Shown here one piece after another: positions 50,081 to 64,000 of a stretch of DNA of 64,000 bases. This stretch comes from the human T2T-CHM13v2.0 reference genome, Homo sapiens. Position numbers and translations under genes: made by a program. Positions within the stretch are counted from its first letter, which is position 1. Every line of letters starts with the position of its first letter. A model generated the notes under the pieces. That model did no database searches. It saw only the letters and a list, made by a program, of their open reading frames with translations, and was not told where the DNA came from. The DNA is taken from NCBI RefSeq assembly GCF_009914755.1, contig NC_060936.1. One strand, given 5' to 3'.

Positions 50081-51562
50081 TTTCTAGTCAAGTCATTCTT
50101 ACGCTCCTCCAATCTTCCTAGTGATTATTTCACATCTTGTTTTCCTTCATTCCTCCAGTGTTCCCTCTCCTTCTTGTTCTCAGTTTAATGATTTGGGTAT
50201 ACATGTTATTTTACTACAGAAAATAAAAACAGAAAAGAAAATTTTCACTTCCTCCTACAACTATACCCAATAACTTTATTTACACCTATACCCACATTAA
50301 CTCTGGTCTCTTCTTGTTAAATTGGGTGAACAGCTCTTCCTTTTATCTAAAGCCACCTAATACGCAGGAAAACAATCACCTTAAAAATACTTGTTGAGTA
50401 AATGAATAAATTTTATTAATCATGTTCTTAAATATTTGTTTACTAAATCTACTAAATAAATTTTCAAATTTTCCTGATCTTGACTTTCATACCATAATTA
50501 TAATAATTTATTCTAATTTCATTAGAGAATAATGTGGACAGGTACTTTATATCAAATTTTATCAACCATAGGAATGTATTTCAAGTAAGATGGCTATGGC
50601 CAAAGATTCAATTTACTTACATTTGTAATTTAGAATGGCTTTGGTAAAATTGAAAAACTACTAGTGACCCTCCAAAATTCAGCTTCCACTCTTTCCCTGT
50701 CACAGGTCATTTACAGCTTGATCAAATTTCTTAATTTTCTTCATACATTACAACAGACAAATACCACAGTTGGCACTTACATTATGCCACTTTCAAGTCA
50801 ACTGCAAACAGCTCACCTCAATCTTATTTCTCCATAAAAACAAAGACCCAATTCAATCTCCCCACAACTACAGGAGATTCAATTTTCACATGAAAACTCA
50901 GGCGAATGAACTAGATGAATGTCTTCCATTGTGTTCCAGAAACTCTTGATTTTTAAAAAATATTTTGGAACAGCTTTAGTGGAAGTGGGAAAAGTAGAAA
51001 GGAATCCCAGTAGATTCTCCTTCTTCTGCTATAGCATTTATCTTCCTTCTTAATAGGATTTTTATAACATTTTTAAAAAATACTCTTCTGCTAAAAATGG
51101 TTGAAGTTTCCTTACACCTCTAAATTTCTAAATAAATAATTTTCATTGAGTATAGGAAAAATCATATGGACAACTTGTTATTCAAAGGACCTATATCACA
51201 GAGAAACTGTATTTCCTCAGAAGAAAGACTGAGTGACAGTAAGAGGCAGGTAATTAGGCAATTATAAGACAAAGACATGGTAATAAACAGCAGAGGAATA
51301 AAAACAATTGCAAAAAAGTACATACCCACCCTTACACTATTCTACTACCTTCAAGCACTTAGGAAATAAGCTTATTCATATTTAATCAGTTGAAACAAAC
51401 CCTGAAATTTAGAGATTAAGACAGAATAGCTTGTAATCAAGCAGGTCATAAGGTTTAGCCCATAAATATTCTTATTGCTTTTAAGCACTTAAGAAATTTC
51501 TACTTTAAAATCATGAGGAATAGTTTAATTTATAGAAACACAATTTTTAAAAAGGAATGAGA

Positions 51563-52210
51563 TATATCCACACAAAACTTTCATATGAATGTTTATGAAA
51601 CTCCATTGATAATTGCCAAAACTTGGATGCCCACAAGATGACTTTCAATCAGTGAATAGGAAACAAAGTGTGGTACTCTGACACAGTGGAATGTTATACA
51701 GTGATAACAAGGAAATGAGCCAACAAACCACAAAAAAAATTAAAGGACCTTAAATGTATATTGCTAAGTTAAAGAAGGCAATCCAAAAAGGCTACATACT
51801 GTATGACCCTAACCATATGAAGTCATGGAACAGGCAAAACTGGGCACAGTAAAAAGATCTGTGGTTGCTGGGGGTTTGCAGAAGGAAGGGAGTGACAAAT
51901 AGGTGGAGCACAGGGGATTTTTACAGCATTAAAATTATTCTGTATGATTCTGTAATTGTGAATACCAGTCATTATACATTTATCAAAACCCATAGAATGT
52001 ACAGCACCAAGAATGAACCCCAATATAAACTATGGACTTTGGTTCATAATAATGTATGTATATTGGGCCATTAATTGTAACAAATGTACCACACTAATGC
52101 TATATGCTGATAATAGAGGAAAATGGGAGGAGGAACATAAAGGCATATATAATAATTCTGTATTTTCTGTTCAGTTTTACTGTAAATCTAAACTGGTAAA
52201 TAAATAAAGG
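51563..52210 (+). mobile_element. L1MC-type 3' end (~650 bp), antisense to KCNC2
   Basis: ccacacaaaact...aattgccaaaacttgga...aaaaggctacatactgtatga...ggcaaaact...cattatacatttatcaaaacccatagaatgtacagcaccaagaatgaaccc...aactatggactttgg...aacaaatgtaccacactaatg. Confidence 0.88.
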
Positions 52211-52339
52211 CCCATTACAAAAAATAAATTTTCTATTTTTCTATTTTCTAAAAGGCCCATTACAAAAAAGGAATGAGAAGACAAAAGTATACTAGTGAAG
52301 TGATCCTACCTTATAAAAATGTATTAGAAGACATATACC

Positions 52340-52480
52340 ATGATTTTTAAGAGCAAGGACTTTGAAGACAGATAGACTAGCATTTTAATTTAAGCTTTTC
52401 TGCTTATCAGCTTTTTGACTTTGGGAAAAAAAATTAACATCTCAAAACCAAAGTTTCATCATTTATGAAATACAGACAGT
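52340..52480 (+). mobile_element. MIR fragment
   Basis: taagagcaaggactttgaagacagatagac...tgactttgggaaa...ttaacatctc...agtttcatcatttatgaaat. Confidence 0.6.
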
Positions 52481-53112
52481 GTTCGTAAATACATCCCTAT
52501 GTTTGTTTTTCTCAATGTGAAATATTTAAAAACCCAATGTCCTTCTATTGTTAGGAAAATAAGAACAGTAGCAAGTTATGAGTTTGGTCAAACTGAAATA
52601 TTAGTACAAATTCACTCCCTTCTCTCTATGAGAACTCTGTAATAAAGCTTATTATTTACATTATTATAAACATGTATAATTAATATGACTGGCTCATTTT
52701 CAAACATTAAAAAAAGGTGAATTTATAGCAATAAGTCTCCAATCTGAATCTCTTCCTAAGTAGATGCTGTTCTCGGCTAGATAAGAATAACTTAAGAACA
52801 TGATTATCCTGTGAATATTTTATGTTAAAACACATTATCAACATTTAATAGAAGAGAAGTTTGCTTTTGCTTTTCCTAACAAGAAGCATGAACAGCCCTT
52901 AAGTACTCACATGTCTTATTAGGCACTTATATTACTGTGCTATCTGTTGCTATTTGTAAAATATTTATTTCACATTACTCTGGTTGGTTGATTTAGGTTT
53001 TGTTTCCATAGAAGACTGCAGAAAAGCCTTTCAAACATTCTAAACCTACTGTAAATCCCTTTTCTCCGTGGAATTCTTAAATTGCGTTGGTCTGGTAAAA
53101 GGAATTATTTCT

Positions 53113-53468
<356 letters not shown>

Positions 53469-56400
53469 CTATACAAAATCACAAGTGAAGTGTTATCTGA
53501 AAAGGACTCAGGAACATCACACCCCTACCACGAGAGACCTGCTGACATGCAGTGTGAGGCTTTGCCCTCAGAGAACTTGGAAGGTTCTGTTCTCCATGCC
53601 CTGCTGATTCATTGTTTGACCTTGCCCAAGGACTCTTTTTCACTGCATGTGGCAAGTGAGCAAAAATATCTTCTATTTTCTTTAATGATGGTTTATAAAT
53701 TAATAATCTTATCTAAAAACACACATCTTAAAAGGAGTGTTGCTACAAAATGTAAAATGTCACTATTATTTATGCAATTGTAAACAGAAAACTGAAATGC
53801 AATAATTTGAAAAATTATGAGTAGCGTCTAAAGGGCTGGCACAAATGCAAGGTGCCATTTGTTCTCAGATAAATTTACTTTCTAAGATTCAAATGAGAGT
53901 AAAAACTTGAATATTTCATGCACAAACCCTCAACTGTATAATGCATTCAAGGGTTTTGGAGTTGAATTTAGTTCACATTCAAATAAAGCTCAGTTCCACA
54001 CACTTTTTGTTCTGTCTATGAAAGGCCCAGCTGCTTGCCCAGCTGTGTATCAGTCATTCTTGACCACAGCCCTGTGAGAGTGGAATTCTGTACTTTTGCT
54101 ATTTCCTTTGGTGCTAAAAATGGTAGACATGTCTTTGCTTGAAGGTCATACAGAAAACTTCTGACTATGAGCTTGAAGATTACAAAGGAGACATTATTTA
54201 GATAATTTTATGCAAACATATGGTGTTTACAAGAATTCAATACTGATTCAATCTTATGGTTTTATTACATAGCTATTGAATGATCAATCATTTGAGGGAA
54301 ATAAACTCAGCTTTTGCTCAAATACAAGATTTCTATTATCCTCATTTTAACCTCAAGTCTCTATTGAATAACTGCACATTAATAAACAAACAAAATATAT
54401 TCCAAAAAAGAAAGCCACATTTCTATGACCTATACTATTTGTCAGAGTGAACCAAATAACTGTGAGCTATGGAATAGTGAAGCAATGGATTAGAGTAAGA
54501 TGAGCTTTCTCAGATACAAAATGGTGGTATGACTTGGAAAACTAGACAGGCCTTCATTTTTGCACGTAAAAATCAAACACTTGATTAGACTAAATCAAAG
54601 ATTTTTACATTGTTTTTTCAGAACCTCTGGGCTATATGAAAATGTTTTAGAGAAGGCTAAGGAGGAAGAAATACAGTTCTCCTGAGTGGGGCTTTTACTC
54701 CTCTTTCTACCAGAATAGCTCTGTACGTATCTTTCTTACTACTGGGGTTCATCATAAGATTTAGTTTAATAAAAATGTTTCCCTTTCTAAAAATACATTA
54801 AATAGTAGGCGAGTTCTATAGTCTTTTTCATATCTCAGAGAAAATGGGGTTCTTCTTATTGTGTATTTTGTCCTAAAATGTTGAATGCCTCAGACTTTGC
54901 ATCCATCCCTCATTCTTCCCTTATTTATAGATTTTCTAACCTTGGGTCTGGCCACAGGGAAAATTATATGAAAATAATACTAAATGGATGTCAGGAGACC
55001 TAACTCCTTATTATCTCTGTGAATCTGACCAAATCAATTCACCACAATGGCACTTAATTTTAAAGGCTCTTTAAATGTTAAAATATCTGATTTTATTGGA
55101 TGACAAATGAAAAGGAAGAAAATGTAATTTTCCAAGCCACTTATGACATTGAATTTAAATTATATCATTAAGAAGATCTTAAAATTTTATAAACCTTTAA
55201 CTTTTCAAATGCTTTATTTACATTACTATCATATATTCTAAAAGGTTCACAAGGTTACTATCATATATTCTAAAAATTGTTTTTAACTTCATGTATTCAT
55301 CTATTCATCAATGTAACTTATTAGTGAGAACTTACTAGTTAATAGGTTAAGGAAGAGTAAACTCATCCTGTATATTGTCAATATGTTATGATTTATGATG
55401 TTTCTTGAATTTTCTAGACAACAGTAGTTATATTTCTACAGATTTAGCTAGATTTGCCTACGTATATAATAAACTAATTTCTATTGTATTGGACAAGGAA
55501 ATTAGCCTCCAAAGTGAAGCTTATTGAGAGATATCTTCACATTCTGATTTATTAGTGCATTGTAACACTGAATTATGTACATTAATTTTCTTTCAGTGAA
55601 AGAAATTACATTTGAAAGGTGAGACATGTCCTCATATCTGTTACAAGGGTATTGATAAATTTAAATTAGTAAGTTTCAACTGTGACTTGATACTTTAATT
55701 GCAGACTCACTTGCCATTTTGGACATGAGACTTTTTCACACACATTTAGGCCTCCCGTCTTGGGATTTCAAACCTTATATTTATTATACAAAATTGATGA
55801 GACAAGCTTTTTAACTAAGGAGATTTATAACCCAGGTTCCATATATCCATTCAAAAAACCAATCCAGCACACTAAAAGCAGGCAGTTTGCTTGATAAAAA
55901 ATATGACCATTAAACTTCCTTTCACACTGATGAGAATGGTTAAATTTCAGGTTACATGGTGTTCAGAGATGTGCTAATTCATTCTAGGGCAATTTCATGG
56001 GTTGGAACTATTCTGGGAATACCTAAAAGCAGTTTTGATGTGATTTACTAAGAAGCCACATCTTGTTTCAGAGTTGGCTGTTTGGTCTGTTACACACTTT
56101 GAGGGTACAGCTCTGAATTTAACATGGCAACAAAAAAAAGATTTAGTTGATTCAGTGCAAGAGCATAAAGAAACCTTGATTTCCACAAAAAGAACATCTC
56201 TTAAAAAGAGAAAACTTGGCTGGTCCCTCAGATCACTTTTTCTTTCTAAGAGCTAACGAGTGTAAATATACTTCTGCCTTAGGAAATAAAAAAGACCAAG
56301 AATGAGAGTTCTATATTGTCCACTTTAATATAGATTTTTCAAAGCTTTGGGTGTAAGACTAGTAATACTATAGGGTTCTTCCTTATTCTCAGCACCAGTG

Positions 56401-58297
56401 AAAAAGGATGAGATTAAGAACAGAAAAGGAAAACAAAAATTGCATATATACATTCCTCTGTGGCTAAATTTAGCAAGCCTTGAAATTGCTAGAAAATGAG
56501 ATTTCATTTAAGAGGAAAAGACTACATTTAGATCACCAAATCATCAAGTTCAAACTGCTTATCCTAGCAATGCAAACTGACAGCATATGCACATACATAA
56601 TCAAATGGGAAATAATAATAGTATGTCTCGGCGGACTGCCTAACACAAGAAAGTCAACGGCCCAAGGGATATGTCAAGAATAATTTCTTTGCATGCATTG
56701 CTCTGATGCTATGCTTTGACACAGGATTATTTCATCAGTGGAGAGTGTATGAAACTCTTAGGCAACAAACTGGATTTTCCTTTTCAGCCAGTAGGGAAGA
56801 AGGACTTAGGTAGTTTCCCTGAAACAAGCCAGTAGTGGAAGCTTGTTTAAACAGACATATTTCTATGTATGCATAAGAATCAGGAGAGAAGGAAAATGAG
56901 CCATTTTGCACACTACGTAAGGACAAAAAGAGAGAATCATGTTGAGTAAATCTGACTCTTTTTTTTTCCAAAGGAAAATTCCATCACTTAGTATAGCATT
57001 TCAAATATAATCATTAGATGCAAATGAGATGACTAAGGTGACATCTACACTGGTTACATACCTCTATTTTTGGAGAGGCTCAGTAGCATTATTATCCAGG
57101 AAGAAACCAAGCCAGTGGCCAAGATGACCCTCAATAAAAAGCTACAGCAGTGCAAATGTTATCTGCATATTTATTTAGGGTATGTATTTTTTAAGAACTC
57201 CTTTCATAATATTTATTGCCAATGGCCAAAGGCAAGCAACATTCTTAATTATACATTTATCTATGTAAACACACACATATTTCTAATTAATATATGCATA
57301 CGTAATTCCTAATCATTTATGTTTTTTATTATCAAACAGTTGTGCCTTAATGGAGCTAATCAAGGACAGTATAGAAAAAAGTACGTTCCTACAAACATAG
57401 TGAGCTTTGAGTGGGCTTTAGAGAGTGCCACTGCCCATAGAATACATCTCCCCCCCACCCACACGTTTATTAATAATAGAGCTTTTAACAGGGAAACCAT
57501 GCCTTCAATCTTACAATAAGATAATTTGTTTTATATAGCATTGCATGGAATGGAGTGTTTTCTTTGAATTTCTCATATAATATATAAAACTGTAACTAAT
57601 ACTTTCCTCAGAGCAGGTTTTCACAGTAGGAGAAAGGACCTGGGGTGTCTCAAATGGGTGCAAGCATGACAAACAGAAGATGTTAAGAGTAGATATTTGG
57701 AATGATGAAGACAATTTCCAGTTTTCTCTAAGAAGGTGCCGAATTGCTTGCAAAATAGTCTCCAAGGACAAATCATAGATCTCCAACTAAAGATAATTAA
57801 AAGAGTTAAATATAACATGCAAAACAAACAAGCTGATGAATGGAATTGGAAATTTCCAACCATGATTCAGACTATATGCGTGGGTTCCACATATCCACTA
57901 TTATGGTTCCCAATTCTTTAGGGGGTTTACCCCCCTATTTGTTAAGTAGAATTGTTAAGGAGAACCTATGATGTGTCATCCGTTTCTTGAAGCCTGAAAA
58001 ATCAGCCATTCATAATAGTTCACCAGTAACTTTGTATAAGATACAGAAGCAAGGGCAATACTTAGATGCCCTGATAATTGATTCTTATTCTTCACTGCCA
58101 GGGGTACTTTTATATTGTCACTTAATATCAACCAATTTGCTGGATGCCTATATCTTTTACCTCATTTGCTTATTTGCTAGCAAAGATGAGGTGAATAAAG
58201 TTTCACATTAGTAACTTAAAGCCAGCAAGTAGGAGACCTGGGGCTACAAATCTGAGTGCAAAAACCCATGCTCATTATACAAGGTTATACTCATATA

Positions 58298-59117
58298 CAG
58301 TAGTTCCCCCTTATCTTTGGGGGATATGTTCCAAGACTCCAAATGGATGCCTGAAACTGCAAATAGTACCTAACCCTATATACACTTTTTTCTATACACA
58401 ACTATGATGAAGTTTAATGCTAAGTTAGACACAGTAAGAGATTAACAACAATAATAACAAAACAGAACAATTACAACAATGTGCTGTAATAAAAGCTATG
58501 TGAAATGGTCTCTCTCAAAATATCTATGGTACTGTACTTGCCTTCCTTCTTGCAGTGATGTAAGATGATAAATGCCTACATGAAGAGGTGAAGTGAGGTG
58601 AGTGACGTAGGTATTGTGGTGTGAGTGTTAGGCTACTATTCATCTTCTGATGATGCGTCAGAAGGAGGATCATCTGCTTTGCATGATCCTGGATCATCGA
58701 GCCATGACAATGTCAGGAGACATGATGAGGTGAAGTGAGGTGAGTGGCATAGGTATTGTGGTGTGAGTGTTAGGCTACTATTCATCTTCTGATGATGCGT
58801 CAGAAGGAGGATCAACTGCTTTGCATGATCCCGGATCATCGAGCCATGACAATGTCAGGAGCAGACAATGTCAATGATCAAAAGCACGGGTGGCATCTAC
58901 ATCATGAATACTCTGGACAAGGGGAAGGTTCACGTCCCAAGTAGAATGGAGCAGGATGGAGCAAGATTTCATCATGTCACTCAGAACGGTACACAATTTA
59001 AAACTTATGAATTGTTTATTTCTGGAATTTTCAATTTAATATTTTCAGGCCACAAACCACTAACTGGGTGTAACTGTAACCACCGAAAGTGAAGCCATGG
59101 AAAAGGGAGGGCTATTG
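58298..59117 (-). mobile_element. MER44/Tigger7-family DNA transposon containing a 142-bp tandem duplication
   Basis: TIR-like ends ta|cagtagttcccccttatc ... gaaaagggagggctattg|ta. aatttaaaacttatgaattgtttatttctggaattttc is the reverse MER44 5' region. Confidence 0.88.
58578..58861. repeat. Tandem duplication, 2 x 142 bp
   Basis: 58578-58719 versus 58720-58861: 5 substitutions and no indels by manual alignment. Confidence 0.95.
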
Positions 59118-59269
59118 TATAAAGATCAGTACAGCACATTTCCTCCCAAAACAGTACCCAAGAGAAACAATATTAATGAGTATATTCAAATGAGTTCAGT
59201 AGCCGCCAATATACTTTAATTCTGAGCATGGTTTTAAAATATTACTAGTTCATACACAAATTTAACCAT

Positions 59270-59500
59270 CATAATAATAAACTTTTACCTAGAATTTATA
59301 CATTCCAGGACCTGTTCTAAATAGTTTTCAAATATCAATTTATTTACCTTTCCAACATCTTTGTATATATAGTAGATACGCATATGGAAACTGACATACA
59401 GAGAAGTTAAGTAACTTGCCCAAAGTTACACAATTAAGTAAATGATAGAGTCAGGATTCAAACCCAGGCAGTATGGCTCCAGACTCAGGAATATTACCAC
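59270..59500 (-). mobile_element. MIR SINE
   Basis: ggaaactgacatacagagaagttaagtaacttgcccaaagttacaca...gagtcaggattcaaacccaggcagtatggctccaga. Confidence 0.8.
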
Positions 59501-59567
59501 TGGGGCAGCACTTCCTTTTAAGTAATAAAAACATTTTCTTAATATTAGTGGCAATTATATCAGTCCA

Positions 59568-61015
59568 TTTATTCAACAAATTTTTTTAGTATCTCCCATG
59601 TTAGGCACTGATTTAGGCACTTGAGAATTAAGCAAAGATCAAAAAATATAGAAGTCCCTGCCCTCAGAGAGGTTTTATTCTGGTAGAGAAGTCAGACAAA
59701 GACATATCAACAAGTAAAATATGTGGTATGTAAGTCATTTGGATAATAATAAAGCAAAGAAGTTGAATAAAAATGGCTAGATGTACAGGGAGTGAAGATT
59801 TACTATTTTTAATCTCCTCATTGCAGAGTGACATATAAGGAAAAGGCTGAAGGAAGTGAGTGTGTAAAACATATAGATACCTGGGAAAAGAGTAACTCTA
59901 GCAAAGGGAACAGCAAGTGTAATGAAAAAAAAATGCTTAACTCATGAATTACATAGTAAGAAGTCCAGTGTGTCAGAAACAGAATTAACAAAGGGACAAA
60001 CTGATACAAGTGAAGTCAGAGACAAACTTCAGTAGGTTGTGTAGATCTGTGGAAGGACTTTGGCTTTTACTTTGAAAATAATAGGAAGCCATTCTTGTAT
60101 TTTCAGGTGAAGGATGTGTTTGTTTAAGAATAGATTAAGAGGACAAAGGTGAAGGCAGGAGGCCCATTAGAAAGCTACATCTGAACAAGTACTGGTGAAA
60201 TGATATGGGCTTGGACTTGGGAAAAGAAGTATTAAATTCTAGATATATTTTCAAGGCATAGAAACAGAATTTCCTAAGGAATCGAATGTAAAGAATGAGA
60301 AAAGGGAAAGCATTAAACTTGACTTGAAAGTTTTTGGCCCATACAAATCGAAGAATCAAGTTGCCATATCATGAGATGGGGAAGACTTTTGGAGGAGTTG
60401 GTTTAGAAATTACCATGATTTCGTTTTGGGACATGTTAAGTTTGAAATGGTAGCTATAAGGTAACTGGGAGGAGATGTCAATTAAAGTTGAATATAAGAA
60501 TCTAGGTTTTGGGGAAGAGGATTCATATGCATCAGCATAGAGATAAATTTCTTTCTTTTTTTTTTTAGACTTGGGGAGATCACTTATAGAGAGAGAGATT
60601 GAGAGAGACAAAGTAACAAGAGTTTTAAGAACTGAGCTCCCAGAAAATTCAATCATTAGGATACTGTGGAAGAAAAAACAGTAAAAGAGACTAAGAAGGA
60701 ACAAACAGAAGATAAAGGGAAACCAGACGGTCTGAAAAAACAAATGTTTCAAGCAGGAAAGAATGATCAACTGTGTCAAATGCTGTTGATGAATCTCAGT
60801 GTTGTCAAGGATTTAAGATTTAACCTTAGTTTTAGCTAAGTCATGGTGATGGGTGAACTTGAAAAGAGCAGTCTCAGTGAAATTGGGAGTTAGAAACCAG
60901 AGAGTGGTGGGTTCAAGTAAGACTTGGAGGACAGGGAATGTGGAGAGGAAATATGGACAGCTCTTTTGAAAAGTTTTTTCTGTACAAGAGAGCAGAGAAA
61001 TAAGGTGGTGGCTAG
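59568..61015 (-). mobile_element. L2 (L2a-like) LINE, ~1.4 kb 3' portion
   Basis: ttattcaacaaa...ggcact...gtccctgccctca...aaggactttggcttttactttga...ggaagccatt...gagatggggaagact...ttttgggacatgttaagtttga...atcaactgtgtcaaatgctg. Confidence 0.8.
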
Positions 61016-61662
61016 AATTAACCACCATATGATTCTATGCTGTTAAGAGTTATTCCGGTGGTAAGCTAAAAAGAAATGATCCCCAAGAGGGAATGAATAA
61101 CTGCTGGGGAGGTGTCACTAAGGAAATGAGATGAATAGGACTTACTGAGCAAAAGGAGGCATTATTACCTTGCAGGGAGAGGAAAAGTTCATTCATAGAA
61201 ATAGGAGAAAATCAAAGGATGAAGGTATAGGTAATGGATGCATATAGATACATAGAATCATACACAGGTTTCTTCCAGATTGATACTATTTTCCCAATAA
61301 GATAGAAGGTAAATAAAAAACACCACCACCACTCTTATTAATAGAGCATCAATTCTGTAGCAAGCATAAAGCCAGGGCTATTAATTGTGTCTTAATACCT
61401 CTTATAATTTAAATATTATTCTTATCCCTATACTACTATGGAGAAAGCAGATATAAGCAATGGCACAATTTATATATTCAATTTCAAAAATATTTTTAGA
61501 TTTAACACATGTTAATATTTAGGGAAAGCCAATATTAGTCAAGCATTGATATATACTAATGAATAATATTTTTAGAATCAACACTACTTTCTATCAGCAA
61601 ATTTAATGTTGATTCATTTTTTCTTTAATATTAATAAGATCAGTCAAAAGTAATATCATGGG

Positions 61663-62027
<365 letters not shown>

Positions 62028-62844
62028 TTATAACAAATTTATAATTTATTATAACATTAAAAACAATAAAAGTAAAATATTTTTCAGCGTCTATGTGTTA
62101 TCTGAAATGTTTACTCTATTCACTAACCGCTGTCAGAAAAGATTTCTCGAAGATTAATTTTCCATTAATGGTATGACCAATCAGTCTCCTGATATCTTTG
62201 TTAGATTTATGGTTTCAGTTGAAGAGCAGAATAAAACATAAAATACATCTGTTTATTTGAATGTATTTCTTGCAAATACTCGCAAGTAACACAGTTACAC
62301 ATTTCGAGTTTAAACGTCAAAAGAGTAAAAGGAATGTGGTGATGGCAACTGAAAAAAAAATCAATGTTTGAGTAAACTCTAAGAGCAAACAGAGAAAATT
62401 AATTCCTAAGTCATTAATTTTACTTTTTCTAAAATATTCAGGAAGAGCTGCAAAAGAATTGCTTTTACCTGATGCATATGAAAATTTGGAGCTCTCCAGA
62501 CACTCTTACTTTCTGAAAGTAGCAAGTAGAATCCTGCATATACATCTAATTTACTTTCAAATTCTATATTCACATTATAAAAGACTTTTAAAAAAGAGGG
62601 AAAGGGAAAAGGAAAGAAAACAAGTACAGTGTTTAAAAATAAAAAGTCACAAAAATCGTCCTTAGGCCTATGACCTTTGGGAGCTGGCACATTACTTCAA
62701 TCGATAGTAAGAAAATGTTTGTTGAATACATTAATAAATAAACATCAAACAGATATTTGCTACATTTTGGGTTATTTTCCACCTTCCACTTTATGAAATG
62801 AACTCTCCAAAGCTAACTAAATAGATCCAAGAAGGATTAATTAA

Positions 62845-63020
62845 CAGCATGAGTTTTTGACTCAAGATGTTTCAGTAATGGATATGCACTATACTAATGT
62901 GTCCTTGGGCAAGCTACTTAACTTCTCTGATCTTTAGTTTCTACACACAGAAAATAGGAGAAAGATATTTCTAATTTAATGATAACATGCCTAAAGCATG
63001 TAGGCAAGGGGTCTGCAACA
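62845..63020 (+). mobile_element. MIR fragment
   Basis: tgtgtccttgggcaagctacttaacttctctgatctttagtttc. Confidence 0.7.
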
Positions 63021-63689
63021 ATATAAATGAGATAGCTGATGTTATGATGTTATGATTAGCAACTTACCTTGCATTGCCAGATTAGGAGAAGACCCTGCCA
63101 TTTTTCTCCTTTCAACCCTCCACAGCCTCTAGAAAAAATTCTCTAATACTGTTGCTTAACCATTTGTCTTAGAAGCAATTATTTTAAAAACAAGTTCAGA
63201 ATTGGGACTACTGTTTACCATGAATAAGCCTTTAACTGCCTTTATCCATTCCAAAACAGCTGTTGAATTTCATAAACCCAACAATTACCACTTGCTCCCC
63301 TCAAGCCCTCAGAGCTTCTCTTAAATGGATTATCTTTGCCTAAATCCATTCTAAACCAAATAGGAAAATATGTTTTCATGAATCCCGTGTGGTAGTTTCA
63401 AGGCTAAGATAGTTTTTTTGTTCAGGAATATTTAAGCATTTTTTCCCTGGGCAGTTCAGCTGAGATTCAAACTATCAAACACAGCAATTCAACTTTATAG
63501 GAAATATTATTCCAAAATAATATTTTCACATTTGTGCTGGAAGGAAAAGAGGGAATATTATAACAACTTTCATAATTTCTCTGCAATAAGGCTCAGGGTA
63601 AGTTGAAAAGTAAGAGAGTTATATACTAGAAGATACAAACAAACCTTAGAGTCTTGCCAAATTGGAATCAAAATCTTAGACATTTCCTA

Positions 63690-63830
63690 ATGCAACAGTG
63701 GGCAGGCTGCTTATGTATCTAAGTCTCAGTTTCCTCACTTAAAACAGGACACTTGCTATATATCTAGAGGGATTCATGTGATTATTTTAAAGTAGATACT
63801 GCTTGTTACATAGGAAATCCCAGAAATGGT
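63690..63830 (+). mobile_element. MIR fragment
   Basis: tgggcaggctgctta...tctaagtctcagtttcctcacttaaaacagg. Confidence 0.55.
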
Positions 63831-64000
63831 ATTATCTCTTATGAATACCCGATTATAATCTTACAGAAAAAGTTGAAGATTCCAAAAGACAACATGTCTT
63901 GAACTTAAACTTTAATGCCCCCATCATCCTTTCTCTGTGTCTGTTTTAAGACAGTAACCAAAGAAGAAACACGGGATGTTTGCTCACCTCTGCGCTTGAT

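Noticed and set aside
54600-54800. Possible hAT-Charlie remnant
   Set aside because: Too degenerate to assign without a profile search.
58578-58861. CRISPR-like or RNA-gene interpretation of the hairpin-containing direct repeats
   Set aside because: Only two contiguous copies with no unique spacers, inside a eukaryotic DNA transposon.

Overview
AT-rich primate genomic DNA, very likely human (AluY, THE1 and MADE1 present; the peptide matches the human protein as I recall it). The window lies inside KCNC2 (Kv3.2, Shaw-type voltage-gated K+ channel), which is transcribed on the minus strand. Two coding exons are present: a 928-bp exon (5977->5050) encoding S1-S6, the pore and the proximal C-terminus, and a 165-bp symmetric exon (2977->2813) encoding the RRSS PKA-site segment. 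Positions 5978-64000 belong to one large upstream intron. The N-terminal/T1 exon and the alternative last exons are outside the window. The intron carries 9 Alus, a THE1 solo LTR, Tigger3/MER44/MADE1/MER3/MER5/MER91/MER94/Charlie DNA-transposon fossils, old L1M, L2 and MIR fragments, and microsatellites. I found no convincing new gene or new biological system. The best leads are: (i) YCAY (NOVA) and GCAUG (RBFOX) motifs bracketing the skippable PKA exon; (ii) a Kv3.1a-like read-through tail followed by miR-96/miR-183 seed matches; (iii) a nested, two-state inverted-repeat element at ~17.95-18.09 kb; and (iv) a young 142-bp tandem duplication inside an old MER44. Repeat subfamily names come from remembered consensus sequences, and the boundaries of old repeats are approximate.
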